A stretch of 64,000 nt of DNA from Macrostomum lignano (Eukaryota), in the NCBI GenBank assembly GCA_002269645.1, contig NIVC01002392.1, positions 62,001 to 126,000 on the forward strand, read 5' to 3'. The position numbers and the translations under genes were made by a program. How positions within the stretch are numbered: the first letter of the stretch is position 1; each line of letters starts with the position of its first letter. The notes under the pieces are model-generated. The model worked only from the letters and a program-made list of their open reading frames with translations. It did not search any database and was not told the origin of the DNA. Positions 34,720 to 46,700 of the stretch are shown one piece after another.

Positions 34720-37110
34720 TGAGATGGGAGTGGGGACAGTGACATGGGAGTGGGGGACAGTGAGATGGGAGTGGGGGCAGTGAGATGGGAGAGGGGGACA
34801 GTGAGATGGGAGTGGGGGACAGTGTGATAGGAGTGGGGACAGTGAGATGGGAGAGGGGGACAGTGTGATAGGAGTGGGGGCAGTGAGATGGGAGAGGGGG
34901 ACAGTGTGATACTCGTAGGAGTGGGGACAGTGAGATGGGAGTGGGGGACAGTGAGATGGGAGTGGGGGACAGTGTGATAGGAGTGGGGACAGTGAGATGG
35001 GAGTGGGGGACAGTGAGATGGGAGTGGGGGACAGTGAGATGGGAGTGGGGGCAGTGAGATGGGAGTGGGGACAGTGTGATGGGAGTGGGGACAGTGAGAT
35101 GGGAGTGGGGGACAGTGAGATGGGAGTGGGGCAGTGAGATGGGAGAGGGGACAGTGTGATACTCGTAGGAGTGGGACAGTGAGATGGGAGTGGGGGACAG
35201 TGAGATGGGAGTGGGGGACAGTGAGATGGGAGTGGGGGACAGTGTGATAGGAGTGAGGACAGTGAGATGGGAGTGGGGACAGTGAGATGGGAGTGGGGGA
35301 CAGTGTGATAGGAGTGGGGACAGTGAGATGGGAGTGGGGGACAGTGAGATGGGAGTGGGGGACAGTGAGATGGGAGTGGGGGACAGTGTGATAGGAGTGG
35401 GGCAGTGAGATGGGAGAGGGGGACAGTGAGATGGAAGTGGGGGACAGTGTGATAGGAGTGGGGACAGTGAGATGGGAGAGGGGGACAGTGTGATAGGAGT
35501 GGGGGCAGTGAGATGGGAGAGGGGGACAGTGTGATAGGAGTGGGGACAGTGAGATGGGAGTGGGGGACAGTGAGATGGGAGTGGGGGACAGTGTGATAGG
35601 AGTGGGGACAGTGAGATGGGAGAGGGGGACAGTGTGATAGGAGTGGGGAAAGTGAGATGGGAGTGGGGACAGTGTGATAGGAGTGGGGACAGTGAGATAG
35701 GAGTGGGGGACAGTGAGATGGGAGTGGGGACATTGAGATGGGAGTGGGGACAGTGAGATGGGAGTGGGGGACAGTGAGATGGGAGTGGGGACAGTGAGAT
35801 GGGAGTGGGGACAGTGAGATGGGAGTGGGGGACAGTGAGATGGGAGTGGGGGACAGTGAGATGGGAGTGGGGACAGTGAGATGGGAGTGGGACAGTGAGC
35901 TGGGAGTGGGACAGTGAGATGGGAGTGGGGACAGTGAGATGGGAGTGGGGACAGTGTGATAGGAGTGGGACAGTGAGATGGGAGTGGGGCAGTGAGATGG
36001 GAGTGGGGGACAGTGAGATGGGAGTGGGGACAGTGAGATGGGAGTGGGGACAGTGAGATGGGAGTGGGGACAGTGAGATGGGAGTGGGGGACAGTGAGAT
36101 GGGAGTGGGGACAGTGAGATGGGAGTGGGGGACAGTGAGATGGGAGTGGGGGACAGTGAGATAGGAGTGGGGGACAGTGAGATGGGAGTGGGGACATTGA
36201 GATGGGAGTGGGGACAGTGAGATGGGAGTGGGGGACAGTGAGATGGGAGTGGGGGACAGTGAGATGGGAGTGGGGACAGTGAGATGGGAGTGGGGACAGT
36301 GAGATGGGAGTGGGGGACAGTGAGATGGGAGTGGGACAGTGAGATGGGAGTGGGGACAGTGAGCTGGGAGTGGGGACAGTGAGATGGGAGTGGGGGACAG
36401 TGAGATGGGAGTGGGGACAGTGTGATAGGAGTGGGGACAGTGAGATGGGAGTGGGGCAGTGAGATGGGAGTGGGGGACAGTGAGATGGGAGTGGGGGACA
36501 GTGAGATGGGAGTGGGGACAGTGAGATGGGAGTGGGGGACAGTGAGATGGGAGTGGGGACAGTGAGATGGGAGTGGGGACAGTGAGATGGGAGTGGGGAC
36601 AGTGAGATGGGAGTGGGGGACAGTGAGATGGGAGTGGGGACATTGAGATGGGAGTGGGGACAGTGAGATGGGAGTGGGGGACAGTGAGATGGGAGTGGGG
36701 GACAGTGAGATGGGAGTGGGGACAGTGAGATGGGAGTGGGGGACAGTGAGATGGGAGTGGGGGACAGTGAGATGGGAGTGGGGACAGTGAGATGGGAGTG
36801 GGGACAGTGAGCTGGGAGTGGGGACAGTGAGATGGGAGTGGGGGACAGTGAGATGGGAGTGGGGGACAGTGTGATAGGAGTGGGGACAGTGAGATGGGAG
36901 TGGGGGCAGTGAGATGGGAGTGGGGGACAGTGAGATGGGAGTGGGGACAGTGAGATGGGAGTGGGGGACAGTGAGATGGGAGTGGGGACAGTGAGATGGG
37001 AGTGGGGGACAGTGAGATGGGAGTGGGGACAGTGAGATGGGAGTGGGGGACAGTGAGATGGGAGTGGGGGACAGTGAGATGGGAGTGGGGACAGTGAGAT
37101 GGGAGTGGGA
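34720..37110. repeat. G-rich minisatellite, 19-21-nt unit GGGAGTGGGG(G)ACAGTGAGAT, about 115 copies
   Basis: 2.4 kb array and source of the PLPSHC/HSHLTVP ORFs. Confidence 0.97.
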
Positions 37111-37849
37111 AGAAACAAGTGACCGAGCAAAAAGGTGCAAAGCACATTGGTCAGAAACACAAGAAAATCCCAAGAAAATTATCCAGCAAGAACACGGGAG
37201 CAGAAGAGGGAGGTGATACTGGCTTGATGGGGGATTATAATTGACAAATACTCGTAAAAGGCGGAGGCAGCGCGAGACTTTGCCGGGACAGGAGCAGCAG
37301 AATTACCGCCTAAATTTCTCCTTCCAATTCAATACCACACCAAGGAGCTGCTCAGCAGAAATAAAAATTGCTGTTCTAATTGGTCACAAAAATCTATAAT
37401 TTGTGAACATCTGGCACTGAAGCGGGCCTAAAGATGAGTGTAGGCCGATAGGCATGCACTTAATCTGCAGCTCACAAAGAACAAAAGAGAAATACAGAAG
37501 CGCTTAACTAGTTATAACCGCTACCCCCAGAGCTGCCGATCTTATATAAACGAAAAAACAATTAGAAAAAAACTCGCGGCAAAGAAATCAAAGGAAAAGG
37601 AAGGCACTATTAAAAAAAATTGGCAATTTCCCTAGAGTTGCACTTTTATTCGACAAAAGTCCAATTTGTGATGCACAGTTGCAGTTAAACAGTAGAAACT
37701 GCCAATAGACTGGGTGCTCTCTCTGTTACATACAGTACAACATGGGTTGTTAAAGTTTAAGGCGTACTTTAATTGACAAGTGAGGCTTAGAGAAAGTGTT
37801 TGTATATGTAATGCGTGAGGGATATAGGGAGGCGAGATAGGAATATGGG

Positions 37850-38305
37850 AGGGAACTGGGAGGAGAAGGACACACGAGACGGGAGGGGAGGGAGACAGGG
37901 AGATGAGGGAGACACGGGAGAGGAGAGGGAGACGGGAGGAGAGGGAGACAGTGAGATGAGGGAGACACGGGAGAGGAGAGGGAGACACGGGGAGAGGAGA
38001 GGGAGACACGGGAGAGGAGAGGGAGACATGGGAGAGGAGAGGGAGACACGGGAGAGGAGAGGGAGACACGGGGAGAGGAGAGGGAGACACGGGAGAGAAG
38101 AGGGAGAAATGGGAGTGGAGAGGGAGACACAGTGAGAGGGGGGAGACAGTGAGATGAGGGAGATATGGGGAGAGGAGAGGGAGACACGGGAGAGGAGAGG
38201 AAGACACGGGAGAGGAGAGGGAGACATGGGAGGGGAGAGGGAGACAGTGAGAAGAGGAGAGTGAGATGAGGGAGACACGGGGAGACGAGAGGGAGACGTA
38301 GGGGA
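37850..38305. repeat. Purine-rich minisatellite, about 20-nt unit GGGAGACACGGGAGAGGAGA
   Basis: Tandem degenerate array. Confidence 0.9.
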
Positions 38306-38750
38306 GAAGGCCGCAAGGAGCAATAAGCGGTGACAAGCTGCAAGCACCGACTGGGATGAGGTGGATGGCGGCAGATACCAGAAAGAATTCAAAACATTTT
38401 CAGCCAGGAAGATTTTCAATAAAGCAACAGTCAAAGAAATTCGACCCGCAACGGCGGCCCCCACCCTGAGAGCAGCAGAGGTGGGCGCAGGTAATGGATG
38501 AATTGAAAGTCAAAGCGCAGAGGCGGAGGTGAAAACCAGCTAAAGGCGGAGGCGGCCCTCAGATGCTTCTGGCCCATCAACTGGCGGACCGCGCAACCGG
38601 CATTTAGCCAGGGGGGGGGACGAAATCTGAGAACCGAATGCGCACTGTTAGAGCGTTCTCACCAAATTGGATTAAAGAGATAGCACAGGTGAGCTGAGGA
38701 CAGAAAGGATGGGATCTAAATCGATACAAATATAGATTAAGGTAGGTAGA

Positions 38751-39140
<390 letters not shown>

Positions 39141-39310
39141 AAGAAGGTGAGGACACAGGTTGGCAATGGAGGGCAGAATAAAAGTACAAATTGCAAAGGA
39201 AAGCTACGGAGCGCCAAGACGCAGGCAGGGTACTCTAGAGTACAGCAAAGAAATGCAGAGAATCTCGGTCACTAACTGCATCATCACAAATCAACTCTAC
39301 GATAGAACAA

Positions 39311-42300
39311 TCAGGCAGCTCTGCTTGCGGCTTTCTCAGCAAAATGCCGGCTCAAATTGGTGTCCAGGTGGGCCAGCGGCCGGTCGAGCCGGGCCGCCGT
39401 CTCCACGGCCTGCACGGTGCGGACTTCGAATCGCTCGGCCGCGTAGGCCACGGAGAACGGGGAGCCGCCGCTGCCGACCCGGCCGATGCGGCCCAGCCGG
39501 TGCAGGTAGATGGCGGGGAAGCCGGGCAGGTCGCAGTTGATAATCTGGCGGGCGGCCAGGGTGTCCAGGCCGCGGCTGGCCAGGTCTGTGGCAATCAGCA
39601 CCTGGAAACGGAAATTAAAATAATAATTGTGCGGTAACTGACTCGACTAGGATGAGAAGTAGAGCACTGCGAAAAGAACCGAATTATTTTGCAGTTTATC
39701 TAGGGATATCAATTAGAGGATATGGAACTGCAGGCAGCCATATCAGAGATCTCGGATGCTTACTGCAATTTTGAGGATCTGGTATTCCCTCTGCAATTTT
39801 CAGTATCTAGAATTCCCACACCTATTCTGGGAATCTGGAATTCCCACACCTATTCTGGGAATCTGGAATTCCCACACCTATTCTGGGAATCTGGAATTCC
39901 CACACCTATTCTGGGAATCTGGAATTCCCACACCTATTCTGGGAATCTGGAATTCCCACACCCTATTCTGAGAATCTGGAAATCCCACACCTATTCTGGG
40001 AATCTGGAATTCCCACACCTATTCTGAGAATCTGGAATTCCCACACCTATTCTGAGAATCTGGAATTCCCACACCCTATTCTGAGAATCTGGAAATCCCA
40101 CACCTATTCTGGGAATCTGGAATTCCCACACCTATTCTGAGAATCTGGAATTCCCACACCTATTCTGAGAATCTGGAATTCCCACACCTATTCTGGGAAT
40201 CTGGAATTCCCACACCTATTCTGAGAATCTGGAATTCCCTTTGAGATTTTGGGTATCTGGGATTCCTACAGCTATTTTTAGGAATATGGAATTCCCTCTG
40301 CGATTTTGATGAATTCCAAAAGCAGTCAGTGCCTTACTGGCAGGTGTCCAACAGAGAAAGCTTTCACCAGGTCGTCCCGCTGGGCCGCCCGTAGGCCGCT
40401 GTGCAAAGCGGCAGCGTCGCTGGAGCCCAGGGCATCTGCCAGCTCCTTTGTGGTGGCGGAGGCGTTGCAGAACACAATGGTCGGCAACTGGCGCTTCAAG
40501 TTGCGCCGGATTCGCGCCAGACAAAGGGCGCGCTTTGTATCGCGACTGGCGCGCACAAACAGCTGCGCGCTCTGGGCCGGCGGTCGGTGGGCGAACGGAG
40601 TGGCGACCCGGGCGAAGGAGTCGCTGGGCAGCAGGCCGGAGCCCAGAGCCTCCTCCAAGCTGGGCGGCATTGTGGCTGAGGCCAGCACCACCTGCGGCGG
40701 AGCGGGCTTTTCTAGACTAAAATATCCCAACTGAAGCAGACAGATCCTCAATCTAAAATATCCCAATTCAAGCAGACAGATCCCCAATCTAAAATAACCC
40801 AACTGAAGCAGACAAATCTCCAATCTAAAATATCCCAACTCAAGCAGACAGATCCCCAATCTAAAATATCCCTAACTCAATCAGATCCCCAATCTAAACT
40901 ATCCCAACTCAAGCAGACAGATCCCCAATCTAAAATATCCCAACTCAAGCAGACGGATCCCCAATCTAAAATATCCCTAACTCAAGCAGACAGATCCCCA
41001 ATCTAAAATATCCCAACTCAAGCAGACGGATCCCCAATCTAAAATATCCCAACTCAAGCAGACAGATCCCCAATCTAAAATATCCCAACTCAAGCAGACG
41101 GATCCCCAATCTAAAATATCCCAACTCAAGCAGACAGATCCCAAATCTAAAATATCCCAACTCAAGCAGACATATCCCCAATCTAAAATATCCCAACTCA
41201 AGCAGACAGATCCCCAATCTAAAATATCCCAACTCAAGCAGACAGATCCCCAATCTAAAATATCCCCAACTCAAGCAGACAGATCCCCAATCTAAAATAT
41301 CCCAACTCAAGCAGACAGATCCCCAATTTAAAATATCCCAGCTCAAGCAGTCAGATCCCCAATCTAAATATCCCAACTCAAGCAGACAGATCCCCAATCT
41401 AAAATATCCCAACTCAAACTCCCCAATCCCCAATCCAAGATCACCTGAGCGCCCATGGGCACCCCGTGCTGAGGCTCGCCAGTCTGCAAAAACAGCCGCC
41501 CCAGCAACGCGGACGTGCCATCAACAAAGGAGTCGTCAAGCAGGCAGTCGGCCTCGTCCAGCACGCAGGCAGTCGGCAGCAGGGGGGCGCCAGCGTCGGC
41601 CCGACAGCGCAGCAAGTCGTTAATCCGCTCCGGCACGCCGACAATAACGCCGAGCTCAGCCTCCCGCTTGGCCTCATCAGCCGTGGCAACGCGAAGTCCC
41701 AGCTGGGAGCAGAACAGGCCGGCCGCCGCAGCAATCTGGCGCATCAACACCAGGGTCGGACAGACCACCAGGATGCAGCGGCGACTGCGGTCGACGCCCT
41801 CCGGCAGCGACAGCAGGTTGCTTAGCAACGGGGCCAAGTAGGCCAGGGTTTTACCGTTGCCAGTCTCGGCCAGACAGGCCGTGTTCCAGCCGGACAGTAG
41901 CGGCCCGGCGGTCAGGCACTGGATGAGGGTTGGCCGGTCGGAGCCTACGGCGGCCGAAGCGGCTGCGGCCACTTCCGGCCGAAGGCCAAGCTGGGCAAAA
42001 CTGGTCACCGGTGATTCCCGGTTCACCTGGTGGAAACTGTTGGACCGGCCCTGTAAGGGACAGATGGGATTGCGTAACTTGAGTGGCGATAGATTTGGGA
42101 CAGAGAAGCTGTGGCCATTGGATTTCCCTGAAAAATCTATAAATCTAAAAAAATCCCACTGTTAGTGGGATTCCCCTGGAAAATGGATAAACTAGTGTTT
42201 GTGGGATTCCCTTGAAAAATCGATAAACTTGTGTTAACGCGATTCACCTTAAAAATCGATAAGCTTGTGCTAGTGGGATTCCCCTGAAAAATCGATAAAC

Positions 42301-42728
42301 TTGTGCTAGTGGGATTCCCCTTAAAATCAATATCTAACGAGCAAAACAATTGAAAAATGTATACAAGACTAAGGAAATCTGAGAAAAGACACAGACAGTC
42401 AGCTGTACACCCGACCCACCTGTGCCAGAATAGTAAAGTAGTCCCCGACACTTCTGGACGAATGCAGCCAAGAGCCGCTGGCCAGGAACTGGTTGCCGAA
42501 GCTGGGCGGGTACCGCTGCCCCACAACGCAGTTCTTGCGCCGGTCCTTGGCCACGATAAGCAGCCGCTGTGGCTGACCTTCGGTCAAATCGACGTGACGA
42601 GCAGCGAGTTCGGCATCGCGGCGGAGCAGCCCCTGCGGCAGGCGGATTCGCTCGGACTCGGGTGGGGGTGTCGGTCCGCCTTCGGCCTCAGTCAGCACGC
42701 GGCTGCGGTAGAGGCGCGAAGGCGGCAT
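39311..42728 (-). CDS. DDX28: DEAD-box RNA helicase DDX28-like (mitoribosome assembly), about 519 aa
   Basis: Exons 42728..42420, 42050..41445, 40691..40338 and 39601..39311, all phase-0 GT-AG junctions. Q motif SFAQLGL...PTLIQ, motif I AETGNGKT, II DEAD, III SAT, V TDLASRGLD, VI HRLGRIGR. The N-terminal LLIVAK...LASGSWLHSSRSVGDYFTI segment resembles DDX28 (LLVSAR...LASQGW...DHFSI from memory). The start codon is less certain. Confidence 0.85.
39810..40235. repeat. Minisatellite, 28-nt unit TCTGGAATTCCCACACCTATTCTGGGAA, DDX28 intron 3
   Basis: About 15 copies. Confidence 0.95.
40715..41420. repeat. Minisatellite, 36-nt unit CTCAAGCAGACAGATCCCCAATCTAAAATATCCCAA, DDX28 intron 2
   Basis: About 19 copies filling almost the whole intron 40692-41444. 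Confidence 0.96.
42165..42330. repeat. Short degenerate 36-nt array GTGGGATTCCCCTGAAAAATCGATAAACTTGTGCTA, DDX28 intron 1
   Basis: About 5 diverged copies. Confidence 0.8.
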
Positions 42729-42837
42729 GCGAGGCGGAGGCTGCGGATGCAGCAGGCGGCACAGCAACCGGCCGCTAAGCGTGGAGGACTGCTGCGGAAT
42801 ACCGGCGGGATAGGAGTGATGAGTGTGGAGTACTGGC

Positions 42838-43352
42838 TGCCCAGCAACTGACACTCTGGAAGGCTGGCCTAGCAACAAAGGATCTGGGAGGCTGGCCCAG
42901 CAACTGAGGATCTGGGAGGCTGGCACAGCAACTGAGGATCTGGGAGGCTGGCCCAGCAGCTGACACTCTGGGAGGCTGGCCCAGCAACTGAGGATCTGGG
43001 AGGCTGGCCCAGCAACTGGGGATCTGGGAGGCTGGCCCAGCAACTGAGGATCTGGGAGGCTGGCACAGTAACTGAGGATCTGGGAGGCTGGCCCAGCAGC
43101 TGACACTCTGGGAGGCTGGCCCAGCAACTGAGGATCTGGGAGGCTGGCCCAGCAACTGAGGATCTGGGAGGCTGGCCCAGCAACTGAGGATCTGGGAGGC
43201 TGGCCCAGCAACTGAGGATCTGGGAGGCTGGCCCAGCAACTGAGGATCTGGGAGGCTGGCGTTGGCTTAGCAACTGAGGATCTGGGAGGCTGGCGTTGGC
43301 TTAGCAACTGAGGATCTGGGAGGCTAGCCCAGCAACTGAGGATCTGGTAGGC
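42838..43352. repeat. 28-nt CCAGCAACTGAGGATCTGGGAGGCTGGC family, locus 3, between PPIL4 and DDX28
   Basis: About 18 units, same orientation as loci 1 and 2. Confidence 0.96.
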
Positions 43353-43597
43353 TGGTTGTTGAGGCTTAACCCTGAGCGCCTGCTAATTCTCTTGATGATA
43401 AACTCGCTATCTATTGAATAAGAAGTAAATAAGGGCCAAAATGCAATACCAAGCAGGCCATTGTTAATTATTTTACGAGTATCGCATGTTTACTTGAACA
43501 AGTAGAACAAAAATGCACAGATTCAAACAGACAGACAAACAAGAAAAGTTTAGCGGGTCTTTGCTCGTCCTTTTAGGTCAATAATAATAAGAAATGC

Positions 43598-43603
43598 TTT
43601 ATT
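43598..43603 (-). terminator. Candidate polyadenylation signal AATAAA of PPIL4
   Basis: TTTATT on the plus strand, about 100 nt downstream of the PPIL4 stop. Confidence 0.5.
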
Positions 43604-43701
43604 ACAGTGGGTGCAACATCAAAGCTACATTACAGCACAGCTATGGCATGGTAGCGAAGCAAAAATACCGGCCAAGTTAGTCGAGAACACACGCGGCAAG
43701 G

Positions 43702-46700
43702 CTAACGATAGCGGGACCTTGACGAGGAAGTTCCTTTGCTCCTGCTGTCACCGCGGGACTCGCTGCGGGACCTCGAGCGGGAAGGACGATTGTGCTTGGA
43801 TTTTTTATGAGCTGGACTTTGTCTAGGAGACCGGCGGTTCCGGGATCTCTGCTGCTGATCGGGACTCGGAGACCGGCGGTTCCGGGATCTCTGCTGCTGG
43901 TCGGGACTCGGAGACCGGCGGTTCCGGGATCTCTGCTGCTGGTCGGGACTCGGAGACCGGCGATTCCGGGATCTATGCTGCTGATCGGGACTCGGAGACC
44001 GGCGATTTCGGGACCTCTGCTGCTGATCGGGACTCGGAGACCGGCGATTCCGGGATCTCTGCTGCTGTTTGGGACTCGGAGACCGGCGGTTACGGGACCT
44101 CTGCTGCTGTTCGGGACTCGGAGACCGGTGGTTCCGGGACCTCTGCTGCTGTTCGGGACTCGGAGACCGGCGGTTCCGGGACTTCTGCTGCTGTTCGGGA
44201 CTCGGAGACCGGCGGTTCCGGGACTTCTGCTGCTGTTCGGGACTCGGAGACCGGCGGTTCCGGGACTTCTGCTGCTGTTCGGGACTCGGAGACCGGCGGT
44301 TCCGGGATCCATTATTAGCAGCGGGACTCGGAGACCGGCGCCGTTGCTGCCGGCTATGCCGCTTGCCAGCCGCAGCGGTCGCTTTGTCCCTACGAAAATC
44401 GCGCCACACCTTGGCCACCGACTGGCAAAAGTCGACGTGAATGCGACGGTCGTCGATCAGCACGTTGTCCATCTTGAAGTAGGCCGCCTCGCAGTCGTCG
44501 GCTTTGTCAAATTCGATAAACGCGTATTGAAGCGACTCGCCTGCGGATGGGTGTGACGTAAAGAAGATTACTAATTAATTACACCTGCCCTCATGGGAAG
44601 TGGTTCAGTCCAAGGACTGGGGGATCTCCACACAAATCCTCAATTACCCCAGCTAATGCTGGCACCCATTTCACAGCTGGGTGAACTGAAGCAATGCAGA
44701 GTTAAGTGTCCTGCTCAAGGACACAAATTGTTTCGAGTGGAATCGGGAATCGAACTCCAGACCTATCAGTCGCCAATCCGACGCTCTAACTACTACTAGG
44801 CTACAACCCTCTCAGAGATAAAAAAAATAAATTTCGATTCATTTAGTTCATTGCTACTCATATATTGTACCACTACGAGCGTATCATTAACGACTCAAAC
44901 GACTGCAATGAGACGCAGAGGCGACTGTTGAGTCACGAGCGCATCACGTGAGTTGGAGAATCGTAAAGAAGAGTCACAAAAAATCGTCGAAGAGTTTTTG
45001 TGTTAGCGCTTAACCTCCTACTGACTTAAGTAGACTAAATAGAGTTTTTATTAAGTGCGAAATGCTATTCTAAATTCATAATGACGCTTTAGACGCAACT
45101 CAGCGATTCTACAGCGACTCCAGCACGCCTCAGATCTGAATTTACGGTCCCAGAGACATGTCAGAGTCGCAGACAATCAAATGTCTTAAATTGACTCTTT
45201 GACGACGTTTTAGAGTCTAGAAGTCACTTCTTTCCTATTTTACAATACCTGTGTTACCCAAGAGGTTGTAACCTAGTGGTCAGAGCGTCGGACTTACGAC
45301 TGAAAGGTCGGGGGTTCGATTCTTGAGTCACTCGAAAAAATTTGTGTACTTGAACAAGGCACTTAACTCTGCATTGCTTCAGTTCACCCAGCTGTGAAAT
45401 GGGTGCCAGCATTAGCTGGGGTAATTGAGGCTGTGTGTGGCGACCCCCCAGTCCTTGGTTGCGGCTGAGCTGTCGGTTGCACATCTGCCCATTAAGGCAG
45501 GTGTAATCAATTATTATTATTATGTGTTACCCGCAACTGACGCTGGAACGCTCCTTGACCTAGGTACCATTTTCACCGGGTTACACACGGGCAAAATTTT
45601 GATTTATATACTCTTTCCTCGCTACTGGTCAGTAGGCAATGTCTGATATAAAGCGAGTCTCTTGCTCGACGCAACAGACTCGCAACTCTCACCAGTCCGC
45701 TTGCTCCGGATCACTTCGCAGGAGTGAATCTCGCCAAACCGGCTGAAGATGGTGTTCAAGTCGTCGTCCGTGGTGACGGGGTTCAGCTTGCAGACGAACA
45801 GCACGTTGTCTGGCGGCTTCACGTCTTCGTCTGGCAGGTCGCCGATCATCGCCAACAGGCGGGCGTTAGACTGCGCCTCCCGCTGCCTGTGGTACTCGGC
45901 CGCCTCCTCCTGCGTCAGGCCTTCCGTGTCGTCTATGGCGTCCTCGGCGCCGATGCGATCAGTGCGAGCCAGCTGCTCCGCGCTGGGCTCCGGCGACCTG
46001 GTCGGGTAGGTTGGGGATTGGTTGGGTAGGTTTGGGGATTGGTTGGGTAGGTTTGGGGATTGGTTGGGTAGGTTTGGGGATTGGTTGGGTAGGTTGGGGA
46101 TTGGTTGGGTAGGTTGGGGATTGGTTGGGTAGGTTTGGGAGACTGATCGGGTAGGTTGGGGATTGGTTGGGTAGGTTTGGGAGACTGATCGGGTAGGTTG
46201 GGGATTGGTTGGGTAGGTTTGGGAGACTGATCGGTTAGGTTGGGGATTGGTTGGGTAGGTTTGGGAGACTGATCGGGTAGGTTGGGGATTGGTTGGGTAG
46301 GTTTGGGAGACTGATCGGGTAGGTTGGGGATTGGTTGGGTAGGTTTGGGAGACTGATCGGGTAGGTTGGGGATTGGTTGGGTAGGTTTGGGAGACTGATC
46401 GGGTAGGTTGGGGATTGGTTGGGTAGGTTTGGGAGACTGATCGGTTAGGTTGGGGATTGGTTGGGTAGGTTTGGGAGACTGATCGGGTAGGTTGGGGATT
46501 GGTTGGGTAGGTTTGGGAGACTGATCGGGTAGGTTGGGGATTGGTTGGGTAGGTTTGGGAGACTGATCGGGTAGGTTGGGGATTGGTTGGGTAGGTTTGG
46601 GAGACTGATCGGGTAGATTTGGTGGGTTTTGGCGCTGGCTGGGCAGGTTGAGATTAGTTGGGTAGGTTGGGAGACTGGTTGGGTAGGTTGGGAGACTGGT

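Noticed and set aside
34698-37173. Three ORFs of more than 800 aa on the minus strand
   Set aside because: All three frames are open because the C-rich strand of the array has no stop codons, and they shift with unit length, so they are not coding.
42399-43307. 302-aa ORF as the DDX28 N-terminus
   Set aside because: Its first 150 or so residues are translated 28-mer repeat. Only the part from about 42728 resembles DDX28.
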